From the NCBI GenBank assembly GCA_050250375.1, contig JBFWOS010000003.1:209284-273283 (forward strand): DNA of 64,000 nucleotides, written 5' to 3'. Shown here in pieces: positions 1 through 11,069 of the stretch. The position numbers were made by a program, and so were the translations under genes. The notes below the pieces were generated by a model that was not told the DNA's origin, searched no databases, and was given only the letters and a program-made list of their open reading frames with translations. Position 1 is the first letter of the stretch; the number at the start of each line of letters is the position of its first letter. Source of the DNA: Candidatus Omnitrophota bacterium. GTDB taxonomy: Bacteria > Omnitrophota > Gorgyraeia > Zapsychrales > Zapsychraceae.

Positions 1-534
1 ATGGTGCATCGCCAACTCATTGCGGCTAATTTGTTTCTGAACTAAAGGCAGCAGACTAGCCGAATAACGGCCAATCAGCGGTTGATCAATCAAATGGACA
101 GATGCCTCCCCGTTCTCCTTAGCTGAACCATATTCTAAATGGGTCAAAATTGCCGGAGGTATTACCCAATCATCGATTAACAATTCAAAAACTTTTCTGT
201 TAACTGATCCAATATCACAAGGAGAAATAAGGTATTCCGAGTCTAGCCCTGAACTTAACAGCGCTTCTAATCCTCCCAAGGGTCCTCTATCTAATAAATT
301 ATCATTAATTTGGGTGATATGACGTAGGGATTCCGGAACTCCTTGACAATGTCCGACAAAAACAATCTCCCTACAAACTTTACTCAGAGCATTATAAACA
401 TGTTCAACCATCGTCAAACCGTCAGATAAAATAAGCCCTGCCTTGTGACAGCCCATTCTCGAACTATGCCCGCCGCAGAAAATCGCTCCTGTATGCGGCC
501 ATTTAATCGTTGGATACTCAATTAACTTGTTCAT
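1..534 (-). CDS. mobA: Molybdenum cofactor guanylyltransferase (MobA-like). Starts at 534 and runs off the window edge, so the C-terminus is missing.
   Basis: Reverse-strand translation gives KMNKLIEYPTIKWPHTGAIFCGGHSSRMGCHKAGLILSDG..., the MobA nucleotide-binding signature (xxLAGGxSxRMG). It overlaps the MOSC gene end by about 17 nt. It is not in the ORF track because the frame runs off the edge. Confidence 0.55.
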   Translation of the reverse strand, partial: MNKLIEYPTIKWPHTGAIFCGGHSSRMGCHKAGLILSDGLTMVEHVYNALSKVCREIVFVGHCQGVPESLRHITQINDNLLDRGPLGGLEALLSSGLDSEYLISPCDIGSVNRKVFELLIDDWVIPPAILTHLEYGSAKENGEASVHLIDQPLIGRYSASLLPLVQKQISRNELAMHH

Positions 535-1003
535 TTTCTGGTCTCATAACCTGGATTGTTTCAAAGACGGACAAAGCCCCTTCTTTAATGACCTTCGCAT
601 AATAACCACAGCGCCCAAGAATATCATTCTTCAGTCGAGGATCAATGGAATCCAGAACATAACAAGGCTGTCTTACCTTGCTCAATTCGATCTCAACGCC
701 CCCGGAAAACCTCAAACGTGTTCCCGTCGGCAACTGATTAACATTAAGGTTACTCACAGTAAGATTCTCACCGGTGGCACCGGCATAAAGTTTATATCCT
801 GCGTTTCTCAAATCAACCAATTTCTCTATATCCTGAAGGGAAACTGCCTGGATCGGCCGGTAATGTTTTTCGTGGTTATGACCGTCTCCTTGCAGCCCCC
901 CTTCTTTAATTACGACAGATTCAATCGGATACTTAGGGATTCCTCCCCCGGAAACATTGATTGAGATCACCTGCGGCAAATATTTGTCGCTAAACTTTAT
1001 CAT
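518..1003 (-). CDS. MOSC-domain protein (YiiM/YcbX-like molybdenum-cofactor sulfurase C-terminal domain)
   Basis: 161 aa with a conserved MOSC cysteine context (RQPCYVLD), co-oriented and tightly packed with mobA and the nitrate reductase genes. Confidence 0.55.
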   Translation of the reverse strand: MIKFSDKYLPQVISINVSGGGIPKYPIESVVIKEGGLQGDGHNHEKHYRPIQAVSLQDIEKLVDLRNAGYKLYAGATGENLTVSNLNVNQLPTGTRLRFSGGVEIELSKVRQPCYVLDSIDPRLKNDILGRCGYYAKVIKEGALSVFETIQVMRPENEQVN

Positions 1004-1018
1004 TACACTTTACCCTGC

Positions 1019-2353
1019 CTAAAATGATACGGTTGTTTCCACATAAAAATAATCGGCATCATCCGCTTTCCCGGTTTCCTTTAAGAAATCACCGGCGAAG
1101 AAATGAGAAACTCCCCCGATGACATTTAAATAATCATTCACTTTGTATTTCACGAGAAAATCAAGTTCATTCCCGACATGTTCGTCCGCTCCGGCTGTAG
1201 ATGCCGTCCGGATCGGCGCACGTCCGGCTGAGTACAATGAATCCATTGAAGTATCCAGAAAGAGAAAATGAAGATCAGACTGCACCTGTATTTTCTTGGT
1301 CGGCTTTGCCGAAATTTGCAATTTATAATTATTTATATTTTGCAAACTGGCCCTGTCCATGTATCCATAAAATAAATGATTTGTCGGATAAAGGTTGTTG
1401 AATGTATTTAACTCATCATCTGTCCGGTCATCGTCTCCCGACCCGTAATTATACTCAAAGGCCACCCGTGGTTTCCAGGTGAAATCGGCAAAGGTGTAAC
1501 CAAGAACAGCGACCGCCATTTGGGCGTCAACATCCAAAGCCCCGAACTCTCCCCATTGTTTAGCGGCTTCAAATTCATAATCAAAATTGGTGTCTTTAAT
1601 TTTACCAACAATCCGGCCTCCGATTGTGTATACATCCGTATTCGCGGCCCCACTCGGCCCAAAAGAAACATTCGTGTTAACAAACCGTTTGATAAAATAC
1701 TGTTCGATCGTTATATTCTCAATTCCTTTATATGTAGCGTAATACCCCCCCATTTCATCCTTGGTGCTGTTATCAAACCACTGGTTAAAGTCCCGCGGAG
1801 TTTGATTGGGAGTCTTAGTTCCGCCAAACCCGTCGATGCTCAATTTATATTCAGAAAAATTCAACATGATTTTTCCTGCCTCAAACGTCTGCGCGATATT
1901 AGACCAGTTAAACCCGCCGATAAGACGCTGGGCTCCATACGAGAGTTCCTGGCGGCCTAATCGAAAGCCGATATCGGGGATCAATTCGTCCTCGAATTTC
2001 AAAATGTCTTTCAACTCAATATAACCCTGACGGATCTCGGCATAATCTTCATTCCCTGCCTTACTGCCTTTGTCCTGATCCCAAACCCGGGCATCCTGGA
2101 ATTGAACGAAAAGCTTTGTCTGATCGGTCGGGATTAATTGCAGATTGACCCTGGTCCTAAATAAACTAAACGCATCCTGTCCGTCAACCGTATCATTAAA
2201 ATCAAAATTATCCTGATTCTCAAAGCGGTGGCGCACCTCTACATCCAGTTTAACCCATTTGGGCAGGTGTTTGTTTATGTACTCCCCTGCCAGGGCTGAC
2301 TTTGAAATCAAAATCATCATCATAGACAAAAATATTATTTGTACGTTTCTCAT
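1019..2353 (-). CDS. Outer-membrane beta-barrel porin (alginate-export/anion-porin-like). Possibly a nitrate/nitrite porin.
   Basis: 444 aa with an N-terminal signal peptide (MRNVQIIFLSMMMILISKSALAG). It is rich in aromatic and Gly residues in an alternating pattern, and ends in an aromatic residue (…VETTVSF). It is the first gene downstream of nasA in the same operon. Confidence 0.5.
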   Translation of the reverse strand: MRNVQIIFLSMMMILISKSALAGEYINKHLPKWVKLDVEVRHRFENQDNFDFNDTVDGQDAFSLFRTRVNLQLIPTDQTKLFVQFQDARVWDQDKGSKAGNEDYAEIRQGYIELKDILKFEDELIPDIGFRLGRQELSYGAQRLIGGFNWSNIAQTFEAGKIMLNFSEYKLSIDGFGGTKTPNQTPRDFNQWFDNSTKDEMGGYYATYKGIENITIEQYFIKRFVNTNVSFGPSGAANTDVYTIGGRIVGKIKDTNFDYEFEAAKQWGEFGALDVDAQMAVAVLGYTFADFTWKPRVAFEYNYGSGDDDRTDDELNTFNNLYPTNHLFYGYMDRASLQNINNYKLQISAKPTKKIQVQSDLHFLFLDTSMDSLYSAGRAPIRTASTAGADEHVGNELDFLVKYKVNDYLNVIGGVSHFFAGDFLKETGKADDADYFYVETTVSF

Positions 2354-2398
2354 TTTGTACCTTTCTATCCCTCCTTATTGTTGGTTGTTAGGATTAAT

Positions 2399-4612
2399 TT
2401 AATAGTTCAATATCGACACCCTCGCTGCACATGTTTTATAAGAAGGCTGGCGGGAATAGGGATCAAAAGACGGGAAGGTCAGTTTGTTCGTTTCATCATA
2501 ATGCATCGGCAAAAATATTTGCCCCTCTCTTACCGTCGGGATAATGGAGGCCTGGGCCCGTACCTTGCCACGCCGTGTGCTCACGTAAACCCATTGATTC
2601 TGGTTAATATCGAGTGATCGTGCATCCCGGGGATTAATCTCGACATAAATATGTTTCGGATACATTTTCCTGAGCACCGCTGATTTCCCTGTCCGCGTTT
2701 GGGTATGCCATTGGGATGAAGTCCCTCGTCCGGTCAGGAGTTCAAAGGGATAGTATTCACACGGCGATTCAGGCTTTTCTTTAACTTCCTCGAAAATTAT
2801 TTTAGCCTTGCCGTCAGGGTGATAAAACAACCCGTCTTCAAATAACCGGCGTTCAGTCTTAAAATCGGCTTCACCTTCTTTCAACGGCCATTGAACACCT
2901 CCTTTTTCATCAAGCATTTTGTAATCAATAATTCCGGTCATATCACACGGCTGGCCTTTACTGAGTTTCTTTAATGTTTGGAATACATCTTCCGGTGTAT
3001 TCCAATTTTTGAACATATCGGCGCATCCCCAATAATCCGCAATTAATTTAAAAATATAAAAATCAGCTAAAGCCTGGCCGGGAGCCTGCGAGATATTCTT
3101 GATCAATCCAACCCGTCTTTCAGAATTAATAAACGTCCCCTCCTTCTCCCCCCAGCCTGCGGCCGGAAGGATCAGGTGCGCCAACCGGGCGGTCTCGGTC
3201 GTATGATACATATCCTGGACGACAAGAAAATCCAATTTTTTGACGATTGATTTAAATTCATTTTGATTGATCCAGGAATGCGCCGGGTTGGTCGCAATGA
3301 CCCACAATCCTTTTATCTTGCCCTGCGCGATGCCTTCAATAATCTGGTCATAGGCCCGGCTTTTCTTCGTTGGGATCAAGTTTTCATCAATACCCAGAAT
3401 CGAAGAAACCTTTTGACGGTGACTGGTGTCCAGAAAATCATATCCCCCCAGCAGGTTTGTCGTATTGCTGTATAATCTTGACCCCATCGCGTTGCATTGT
3501 CCGGTGATTGAGTTTGCCCCCGTACCTGGACGGCCGATATTCCCCGTGATCAGGGCCAGATTAATAATGGCTTGCGCCGTCCTCACCCCTTCATAACTCT
3601 GGTTCACCCCCATGGTCCACCAGAAGGAAACCCGTTTCCCCTGGAAAATCATTTCAGCTAATTCTTGAATATCTTTACTTGTCAAACCTGAAACTTGGGA
3701 AACTTTCTCGACCGTAAATGCTTGAACAGATTTTTTAAATTCCTGAAACCCGTTTGTATGGTGTTTAATATATTTTGTGTCGATCCATCCGTTCGTGATG
3801 AGGATATTCGCCAAACCGTAATACAGCGTTAAATCTGACTTAGGTTTGATTGCATAATGATGCGTGGCCGCCATAGCGGTTTCAGTCTTACGCGGATCAA
3901 TAACAATAATCTTAGGCTGATGTTTGTTCATCATGACGCGTTCCCACATGATCGGATGGGCTATACACGGATTTGCTCCGACAAAAATTAACGTATCAGA
4001 TTCCTCAAAATCAAGATAGGTATACGGCGGGGCATCAAAACCGAAAGATTCTTTATAGGCTGTCGCCGCTGTGGCCATGCATTGGCGCGTATTCGAATCA
4101 CCGTGGATAAATCCCATGCCGAATTTAGTCAACGCCCCCAATAAAGCCATCTCTTCTATCGGGAACTGTCCGGTACTTAAAAACGCGACACTCTCGTTTC
4201 CATATTGATGTTTAATTTTGACAAACCGGTTTACAAATTCGTTGAGAGCCGTTCCCCAATCCACCGCCTGTAATTGACCTTGTTGATTTCTTAAATATGG
4301 ACTTTGGGCCCGGTCGTGGGCTTTAAGCGGGGTTAACGCCTCCCATCCCTTCGGACAGGCCTCACCTAAATTGACCGGATAACTTCTAGTCGGTGTAATA
4401 TTGACCGGGGTATTGTTTTTGATATGAACATCCAGACTGCAGCCGGTTGAACAATAACCGCAAATCAGCCTGGATACGGTATCCGGCATTAACCGCTGGG
4501 GTAATTTACCTAAACCGAGGGCCGACTCCTCAAGGCGCAAATCCTGAGTCAAGGGGCCGTCCTTTTGATGGATCAAATCCTTTATATTTTTGAACGAAAG
4601 GTTCATTCTCAT
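2399..4612 (-). CDS. nasA: Assimilatory nitrate reductase catalytic subunit (molybdopterin oxidoreductase, NasA/NarB type)
   Basis: 737 aa with an N-terminal 4Fe-4S Cys motif (CGYCSTGC…C) and MopB-superfamily blocks. It has no twin-arginine signal, so it is cytoplasmic. It overlaps the upstream gene by 4 nt (ATGA coupling) and sits in an operon with nirBD and nrtABCD. Confidence 0.8.
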   Translation of the reverse strand: MRMNLSFKNIKDLIHQKDGPLTQDLRLEESALGLGKLPQRLMPDTVSRLICGYCSTGCSLDVHIKNNTPVNITPTRSYPVNLGEACPKGWEALTPLKAHDRAQSPYLRNQQGQLQAVDWGTALNEFVNRFVKIKHQYGNESVAFLSTGQFPIEEMALLGALTKFGMGFIHGDSNTRQCMATAATAYKESFGFDAPPYTYLDFEESDTLIFVGANPCIAHPIMWERVMMNKHQPKIIVIDPRKTETAMAATHHYAIKPKSDLTLYYGLANILITNGWIDTKYIKHHTNGFQEFKKSVQAFTVEKVSQVSGLTSKDIQELAEMIFQGKRVSFWWTMGVNQSYEGVRTAQAIINLALITGNIGRPGTGANSITGQCNAMGSRLYSNTTNLLGGYDFLDTSHRQKVSSILGIDENLIPTKKSRAYDQIIEGIAQGKIKGLWVIATNPAHSWINQNEFKSIVKKLDFLVVQDMYHTTETARLAHLILPAAGWGEKEGTFINSERRVGLIKNISQAPGQALADFYIFKLIADYWGCADMFKNWNTPEDVFQTLKKLSKGQPCDMTGIIDYKMLDEKGGVQWPLKEGEADFKTERRLFEDGLFYHPDGKAKIIFEEVKEKPESPCEYYPFELLTGRGTSSQWHTQTRTGKSAVLRKMYPKHIYVEINPRDARSLDINQNQWVYVSTRRGKVRAQASIIPTVREGQIFLPMHYDETNKLTFPSFDPYSRQPSYKTCAARVSILNY

Positions 4613-6276
4613 GAAAGCTGACCTCCGGGCATTTTCAAAGGAACCACCGCTTTAAAAAAAAGCAGCCGTTCAAACAGTTCAGCCCCTAAATTCAGACTGA
4701 AAATCAAAAATCCACCGGTTACGATCCACCCTGAAGAGATGTTGTCATTCAGGCTGAGAAAAAACAACGGCAGCAGGATCCCACCGGAAACGCCCAGGGC
4801 AAAACGCAAATATGTATAACCACGCAATTGCTGTATCATTAACAACGCGGTCTTTTTAATGAAAGTCAAATCACCCTTAGTCAGAGAAATAAAAACAACC
4901 GATTCAATCATAAGTTTTAATATCGTCATGACGAGAATGGCCAGACAAAATGTTTTCCCGAATGCGTCAACGATGATAAAGGTTGAAATCTTTTGAGATA
5001 CAAGAGAAACAAGAATCGCTGAAAAGAATATTGTTGAAAATCCCAGGATTCCCATCGTCATAAAAAACTTGGCGGTCGTATAGTTATTGTCCCAAAACGG
5101 CCGGCGGGTATCTTTATAAACCTTTACAGAACAATAAATCCCCAACATCCCAAAACCGGTAATAAAAAACGACAGCGCGTCAACAAATCCATCCCCTAAA
5201 ATTGAACCGATGACATTTGCGACCTTGGGAACCATCAGACAAACCGCGTACAAGACGGCTGATTTGGCAAATAGTCCGAAGGCCAGAATTTCCCGGCTCA
5301 GCCATGAAGTTTTTAGTCCCAAAATAGCCCGAAACGCATATTGCGGCCGTCCTAGATGCATAATGCTTGCTCCCAGCGCAAATAATCCGATGAATAAAGC
5401 AAAAAAAGTGTGATACTTATGCGTGAGCACATTGAGCGAAGGGTCTATGAATTTCGTTAATAAAATCTCGGCAAAGAAAGCTCCGACCGACAGTTGGGTC
5501 AAAACCAGCATAAAAACCAGAGGCAGGTGGGAATGCTCAGGCTTGATATGAAAATAATCATTCGAAACCATATTATCCGGAAAGCGCCTGTTTGTTTTAT
5601 ACCGGGTACTCGGATATGTATAATCGGATGCCGGTGCATCCGGAACTTTTACATAGTCTGAAGGATTTTTTTTAAGATCTTTCTTGTCAACAATGGTGAT
5701 CCTGATCGCACCGGTTGGACAAGCGCGGACACAGGCCGGAGCCTGACCGACATTCAACCGGCTGATACACATATCACATTTATGGACAATCCCTTTGCTC
5801 TTGTTGTATTTGGGCACTTCATACGGGCATTTTAATATGCAATACTGGCAGCCAAAACATTGGTCTTCCAGATGTTTGACTACCCCCGTCACGGTATCTT
5901 TTTCATACGCTTTCGTCGGACATCCATGCATACAAGCCGGTTCAGCGCAGTGATGACAGGCGGTCGTGATGTGCTGTATCGCGGGATTGGCACTTGTCCC
6001 TCCCTGAATCAGGCCGACAGACCGCCATGTTTCATCCGGGTCAAGTCCGTTTTCATTATGGCAAGCCGTCACACAGGCCTTGCAGCCCGTGCACTTATCC
6101 AAATCCACTTCAAAGGCATATTGCTGACCTTCCTGCGGCAGCTTTCCCGGCAAAAGTTCAGTATAATATTTCTCGCCTTTTTCAAATCCGTTTAAGTCGT
6201 GTTTGACCGAAAAATTCTCTACGGCGCTGAGTAAAGCCTGTCGGTCTAGGTATTGGTCGATTAATTTCTGGCTCAT
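4609..6276 (-). CDS. Fusion protein: N-terminal DmsB/NrfC/PsrB-like 4x[4Fe-4S] ferredoxin domain plus C-terminal DmsC/NrfD-like polytopic membrane anchor
   Basis: Four Cys clusters: [58 protein letters not shown]. About 8-9 hydrophobic helices follow, including the DmsC-type signature [24 protein letters not shown]. It lies immediately upstream of nasA. Confidence 0.6.
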   Translation of the reverse strand: MSQKLIDQYLDRQALLSAVENFSVKHDLNGFEKGEKYYTELLPGKLPQEGQQYAFEVDLDKCTGCKACVTACHNENGLDPDETWRSVGLIQGGTSANPAIQHITTACHHCAEPACMHGCPTKAYEKDTVTGVVKHLEDQCFGCQYCILKCPYEVPKYNKSKGIVHKCDMCISRLNVGQAPACVRACPTGAIRITIVDKKDLKKNPSDYVKVPDAPASDYTYPSTRYKTNRRFPDNMVSNDYFHIKPEHSHLPLVFMLVLTQLSVGAFFAEILLTKFIDPSLNVLTHKYHTFFALFIGLFALGASIMHLGRPQYAFRAILGLKTSWLSREILAFGLFAKSAVLYAVCLMVPKVANVIGSILGDGFVDALSFFITGFGMLGIYCSVKVYKDTRRPFWDNNYTTAKFFMTMGILGFSTIFFSAILVSLVSQKISTFIIVDAFGKTFCLAILVMTILKLMIESVVFISLTKGDLTFIKKTALLMIQQLRGYTYLRFALGVSGGILLPLFFLSLNDNISSGWIVTGGFLIFSLNLGAELFERLLFFKAVVPLKMPGGQLS

Positions 6277-6278
6277 GG

Positions 6279-6650
6279 TTAATTATTTAGAGTGCTGTGG
6301 ATATTTCCGTCGTGAATGTATAACGGGGTGTATTGGATTAACACATTCCCATGTTCAACCCAGGCGTTTAAAACTTTAAGATGCATAGGATTGTTATTCC
6401 CTTCTCCGGTAAACAGATCAAAACAAAACGATGTTTTTTTAGAAACCAATTCATCATCTTTGATGACACAATCGCTGACAAGTTCATCGGCCGCCAAAGA
6501 TTTGTTTTCATAACAATAAACTTTTTCCATCGGGCTTCTGAAGATGACAACCGGCTGCCCCTTAACTTGAAAAACGGTCCCTTCGTTGACGGGAATCTGA
6601 CTGAACTGACCGAGGTTGATTATAAGTGTTTTGACCATATGATCTCTCAA
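6279..6650 (-). CDS. NirD/Rieske-fold-like small protein lacking the Cys/His cluster ligands (degenerate NirD paralogue)
   Basis: 123 aa (TTG start in the track; an internal ATG at 6638 is more likely). The NirD-like beta-sandwich pattern is present (IPVNEGTVFQVKGQPVVIFR…) but there is no CxH…CxxH motif. It sits between the Fe-S/anchor gene and the ABC ATPase. Confidence 0.4.
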   Translation of the reverse strand: MRDHMVKTLIINLGQFSQIPVNEGTVFQVKGQPVVIFRSPMEKVYCYENKSLAADELVSDCVIKDDELVSKKTSFCFDLFTGEGNNNPMHLKVLNAWVEHGNVLIQYTPLYIHDGNIHSTLNN

Positions 6651-6652
6651 AC

Positions 6653-7561
6653 TTAAACGGCTAAAGTAAAATTTTTTTGTTGGGGTTCCATTCGTTCACG
6701 TGTCTTCTCCCTCTCCACGTCTTGAGACACCGGGTTGCTTTCAACTTCAAGATTGCTTTTATCATCATCCTTCTTTTCGTTTTCAATACCCTCTAAAAAG
6801 TTCATCAAATACCCCCGGTATTTGTAATAGTCCGGATGCTGGATGACTTCTTTTTTTATCCGTGGTCTCGGGAAATCAACTTTTAACACATCTCCGACCT
6901 TCGCATAGGGTCCGCTGGTCATCATAATGACCCGGTCGGATAACAGCAGGGATTCGTCGACATCGTGGGTAACGATAATCGCCGTGATTTTTTCCCTTGT
7001 CCATACTTCCAGTAAAACTTTCTGAAGTTCAGCTCGGGTTAACGAATCAAGCATGCCGAACGGTTCATCCAGCAGTAGCAATTTCGGTTTTAAAGCAAAT
7101 GCCCGGGCTATGCCGACACGCTGCTTCATCCCCGTTGATAGTTCGGCGGCCTTTTTATTAAAGCTGTCACCCAGCCCGACTTTATTCAAATAGTATTTGC
7201 ATATATCCATCTGCTGCGCTTTAGTGGCATGCCTGAAAACCTGCTGGACCCCTAAAAGGACATTTTCTAATGCGGTCATCCAGGGGAACAAACTGGGGGA
7301 TTGAAAAACGACGCCCCGGTCCGGACCGGCCGACGTAATCTCAATGCCCGCCAGAGAAATTACTCCGGATGAAATTTTATTTAATCCTGCGACCATGGAT
7401 AAGGCCGTTGACTTACCACACCCTGAGTGCCCGATAATGGACACAAATTCACCTTTGGCTATTTTAAGATTAAAGTTTTCCAGAACCACGTACGGCCCTT
7501 TCTGGCTTTGGTACACTTTTGAAATATTCTGAAAATGAAGATAATCGTCTTCTATGATCAC
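6653..7561 (-). CDS. nrtD: Nitrate/nitrite ABC transporter ATP-binding protein (NrtD position)
   Basis: 302 aa with Walker A GHSGCGKST, ABC signature LSTGMKQR and Walker B LLLDEP; NitT/TauT family. Confidence 0.8.
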   Translation of the reverse strand: MIIEDDYLHFQNISKVYQSQKGPYVVLENFNLKIAKGEFVSIIGHSGCGKSTALSMVAGLNKISSGVISLAGIEITSAGPDRGVVFQSPSLFPWMTALENVLLGVQQVFRHATKAQQMDICKYYLNKVGLGDSFNKKAAELSTGMKQRVGIARAFALKPKLLLLDEPFGMLDSLTRAELQKVLLEVWTREKITAIIVTHDVDESLLLSDRVIMMTSGPYAKVGDVLKVDFPRPRIKKEVIQHPDYYKYRGYLMNFLEGIENEKKDDDKSNLEVESNPVSQDVEREKTRERMEPQQKNFTLAV

Positions 7562-7575
7562 AACCCCTCCTAACT

Positions 7576-8457
7576 TTATTGTGCTTTATATGTATCGTAA
7601 TACAACAAACTCTTCGAGAGTCTTAAATCCAGCGGCTGAATGTCGGGTAATTCAAACTCTTCTTCAAGAACATTTACCCCGGAATCTTGTTTGATATCAA
7701 TCAAATATTTTGTAATGTCGTTTCTTAATTTCTTAAACCGTTCATGATGGTTCATTTCGGTTGCCCGTCGCGGCCTGGGGATATCAACGACGAAGGCAGG
7801 CCCAAGAGTGGCGTTCGGACCGGGATTCAGCGGAATGATCCGGTCGGCCAATAAAAGGCCTTCATCGACATCATTAGTGATTAATATGACCGTTCTTTTG
7901 TCCCGGCTCCAAATGTTCTCTATTTCTATCTGCAGAGTTCCCCGTGTTAACGCATCGAGCGCGCTCAACGGTTCATCCAGCAGAAGAATCTCCGGCTGCA
8001 TGGCCAGGGCCCTCGCCACCGAAACGCGCTGGCGCATCCCGCCTGACAATTCTCCCGGACGTTTGTCCATTGCCGGAGTCAGGTTGACCATTTCAATGTA
8101 TTTTCTGACATGCTCAGACCGGCGTTTTGAATCCCAATCAGGAAATACAGTATTAACACCGATCGCGACATTGCCTTCGACGGTTAACCAGGGCAGGAGA
8201 GAATAATTCTGAAAAACAATCCCTCGGTCAGGTCCTGGGCCTTCAATGGGTTTTCCTTTTAACAGCATCTCGCCGGAATCAGGCTTAAGCAGACCGGCCA
8301 GTAATGAAATAAGCGTAGTTTTACCGCTGCCGGAAAATCCGATAATCACAAGAAACTCCCCTTCCTGAACCTTAAGGTTTATCTTGTCGAGAACTTCCGT
8401 CCTGTTTTTTGAATCTCCGTATCCTTTGGAGATATTCTTTAATTCCAAAAAAGCCAT
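7576..8457 (-). CDS. nrtC: Nitrate/nitrite ABC transporter ATP-binding protein (NrtC position)
   Basis: 293 aa with Walker [10 protein letters not shown], signature LSGGMRQR and Walker B LLLDEP. Confidence 0.8.
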   Translation of the reverse strand: MAFLELKNISKGYGDSKNRTEVLDKINLKVQEGEFLVIIGFSGSGKTTLISLLAGLLKPDSGEMLLKGKPIEGPGPDRGIVFQNYSLLPWLTVEGNVAIGVNTVFPDWDSKRRSEHVRKYIEMVNLTPAMDKRPGELSGGMRQRVSVARALAMQPEILLLDEPLSALDALTRGTLQIEIENIWSRDKRTVILITNDVDEGLLLADRIIPLNPGPNATLGPAFVVDIPRPRRATEMNHHERFKKLRNDITKYLIDIKQDSGVNVLEEEFELPDIQPLDLRLSKSLLYYDTYKAQ

Positions 8458-8467
8458 ACAAACTCCT

Positions 8468-9490
8468 TTATGCTGAAATGGGACCTTTTGAAAAACTGAC
8501 TGCCCTTTGGAACATGATCATAATCCGGTCAAGCATGAAGCCGATAATCCCGATAACAAAAACAGCCACCATGATCCTGGCTAACGAATGACTGCTCCCA
8601 TTTTGAAACTCGTCCCAGACAAACTTGCCTAATCCGGGATTTTGGGCGAGCATTTCCGCGGCAATCAAGACCATCCATCCCACCCCTAAAGAAATCCGCA
8701 AACCTGTAAAAATAAGAGGCAGCGACGCCGGCAGGACAATCTTGAATATCTTAGAAAATACTCCCAACTGCAGGACCCGGGCCACATTGATATAATCTTT
8801 ATCAATGGACGCCACGCCTAGCGCTGTGTTTAACAATGCCGGCCAAAGGGAACACAAAGAAACCGTAATCGCCGAATTGATAAATGATTTTTCGAACATC
8901 CCGTTTTTGGTCGTATACACCGCGCTGACGATCATGGTGACAATCGGCAGCCAGGCCAACGGTGAAACAGGTTTAAAGATCTGAATCAATGGATTTAAGG
9001 CCGTCATAAAAGTCCGGCTGATCCCGCACAAGATCCCGACCGGAACCGCAATAGCGGCAGCAATAATAAATCCGACAAAGACCGTTACTAAACTTGTACG
9101 GATTTGTTTGAGAAAAGTCGGCTTACCCGTGTACTTCCTCACTTTTATTTCGGCATCAGGATTTTTTTGCAATTTTTCAACATTACGTTTTTCCTGCTGC
9201 TGATAAAACTCCTTCTCCTTGAGTTTTTCCTGACTATGTTCCGCCATAAGCTGTTTTCCAGCTTCAAAAACCTGTATTGGCCCAGGGACTTCCCCCAGGC
9301 TGGTTTGGATACGTGAGGCCGATGCTCCCCACAATACCAAAAACACCATTATAGCCACGAGCGGAACACCGATCATCGCCCACATTTCTTTAAATTGTTC
9401 CTTAGGACTCTCCCCTGTTAACAAGCGGATTACTGGGATGGGCCATGTAAACCCGGCTAAGTCCAATGCGTTGATCACTTTATTCTTCAT
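8468..9490 (-). CDS. nrtB: Nitrate ABC transporter permease (NrtB-like)
   Basis: 340 aa polytopic membrane protein of the NitT/TauT permease family, sitting between the substrate-binding and ATPase genes. Confidence 0.8.
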   Translation of the reverse strand: MKNKVINALDLAGFTWPIPVIRLLTGESPKEQFKEMWAMIGVPLVAIMVFLVLWGASASRIQTSLGEVPGPIQVFEAGKQLMAEHSQEKLKEKEFYQQQEKRNVEKLQKNPDAEIKVRKYTGKPTFLKQIRTSLVTVFVGFIIAAAIAVPVGILCGISRTFMTALNPLIQIFKPVSPLAWLPIVTMIVSAVYTTKNGMFEKSFINSAITVSLCSLWPALLNTALGVASIDKDYINVARVLQLGVFSKIFKIVLPASLPLIFTGLRISLGVGWMVLIAAEMLAQNPGLGKFVWDEFQNGSSHSLARIMVAVFVIGIIGFMLDRIMIMFQRAVSFSKGPISA

Positions 9491-9510
9491 GACGAATTAT
9501 TCTCCTTCGT

Positions 9511-10884
9511 TTAAATCTTGTCTTTATTGCCAATCGTGAATTTGTTGAGATATTCATTCGGCTTTTTACCGTCATAAATAATCCCGTCGATAAAATCTCC
9601 CGTGGCTTCTTTGAAGCCATCAGTCTGGGGAATATCTTCAGCGTTAATTTTTCCTTCCTTTAACAATTCAGCAGAGGCAGCCTGCCATACTTCCGGCATG
9701 TAAATACTCTTTGCTGTCTCCAGATACCAGGAATCCGTCTGCGCTTCAGTAATCTGTCCCCAACGTCTCATTTGAGTTAAGAACCAGACGGCATCGCTGT
9801 AGAAAGGATATGTCGCATGATAACGGTAGAATACGTTGAAATCCGGCATTGATCTTTTATCGCCCTTTTCAAATTCGAATGATCCGGTCATGCTGTTGGC
9901 GATGACTTCGTAATCTGCGCCGACATATTCAGGTTTAGACAATATCTTCGCAGCCTCCGCCCTATTTTTTCCATTATCTTCATCCAGCCATTGCCCTGCT
10001 CTGATCAGCGCTTTTACAACGGCGATATGAGTATTTGGATTCTTATCTGCCCATTCTTTTGTCACCCCAAACACTTTCTCAGGATTATTTTTCCAAATAT
10101 CGTAATTTGTTACGACCGGAACGCCAATACCTTTGAATACCGCCTGCTGGTTCCATGGCTCTCCGACGCAATACCCGTAAATGGTCCCAGCTTCCAACGT
10201 TGCGGGCATTTGCGGCGGCGGCGTCACGGATAAAAGCACATCTGCATTGGTCGTTCCCGTGATATCTTCTTTTGTATAAAATCCCGGTTTAATACCGGCG
10301 GCAGCCAGCCAATACCGGATTTCATAATTATGAGTCGAGACAGGAAAGACCATGCCCATTTTAAATTCTTTACCGGCGGCACGATATTTTTCAACAATTG
10401 GTTTAAGCGCATCCGCTTTGATCGGATGAACCGGTTTTCCATTTTCCATAGGGATGTGCTGTTTCATTTCGCTCCAGATATCATTGGAGACGGTGATTCC
10501 ATTTCCATTCAAATCCATACTGAACGCCGTTACAATATGGGCTTTGGTACCGAATCCGATGGTTGCGCCAATTGGCTGGCCGGCCAGCATATGTGCTCCG
10601 TCCAGCTCACCATCAATGACCCGGTCCAAGAGGACCTTCCAATTGGCCTGGGCTTCCAGCGTGACATAAAGGCCTTCATCATCAAAAAAACCCTTCTCCT
10701 TCGCAATAGCCAGCGGGGCCATATCCGTAAGTTTAATAAATCCGAACTTCAACTCATCCTTTTCAAGTTCTCCGTCGGCAAAGACCGGATGCACAATTAA
10801 CCCAGCCAGTAGGGCTCCCAAAATGACATTCTTGAAGGTAAGCTTTCTTAAAAAATCTATGTAATTTATTCTTTTCATATTCAC
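9511..10884 (-). CDS. nrtA: Nitrate ABC transporter substrate-binding protein (NrtA-like)
   Basis: 457 aa with a signal peptide. It resembles the NrtA/CmpA periplasmic-binding family (…[21 protein letters not shown]…) and is the first transporter gene after nirBD. Confidence 0.75.
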   Translation of the reverse strand: MNMKRINYIDFLRKLTFKNVILGALLAGLIVHPVFADGELEKDELKFGFIKLTDMAPLAIAKEKGFFDDEGLYVTLEAQANWKVLLDRVIDGELDGAHMLAGQPIGATIGFGTKAHIVTAFSMDLNGNGITVSNDIWSEMKQHIPMENGKPVHPIKADALKPIVEKYRAAGKEFKMGMVFPVSTHNYEIRYWLAAAGIKPGFYTKEDITGTTNADVLLSVTPPPQMPATLEAGTIYGYCVGEPWNQQAVFKGIGVPVVTNYDIWKNNPEKVFGVTKEWADKNPNTHIAVVKALIRAGQWLDEDNGKNRAEAAKILSKPEYVGADYEVIANSMTGSFEFEKGDKRSMPDFNVFYRYHATYPFYSDAVWFLTQMRRWGQITEAQTDSWYLETAKSIYMPEVWQAASAELLKEGKINAEDIPQTDGFKEATGDFIDGIIYDGKKPNEYLNKFTIGNKDKI

Positions 10885-10901
10885 TCCGATCGGATTATTT
10901 T

Positions 10902-11045
10902 TTAGTTAAGAATTAGTTTAAAATTGCAATCTTTGTAATGGAACAATAGGTAATATAAAAAGTTCTCTTCCTGATCTAACGGACCTACCCCACGCTCAAG
11001 TTCAATTAATTTCTTAATTCGTGTTTTAGATGACATTGACTTCAT
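10902..11045 (-). CDS. Small ORF (47 aa) between nirD and nrtA. Hypothetical.
   Basis: My own translation: [47 protein letters not shown]. It is preceded by a strong SD (GAGGAGGT) 8 nt upstream of the ATG. It is below the track's 60-aa cutoff. Confidence 0.2.
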   Translation of the reverse strand: MKSMSSKTRIKKLIELERGVGPLDQEENFLYYLLFHYKDCNFKLILN

Positions 11046-11069
11046 GGTTATACCTCCTCGCTGATTAGG

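Noticed and set aside
527-964. Plus-strand ORF (145 aa) overlapping the MOSC gene
   Set aside because: It is an antisense shadow ORF within a well-supported minus-strand gene and has no motif or RBS. The same reasoning applies to many other track ORFs antisense to strong genes, for example 1520-1960, 5860-6195, 7808-8206, 10330-10800, 25327-25737, 28329-28640, 44921-45403, 46010-46387 and 51369-51860.
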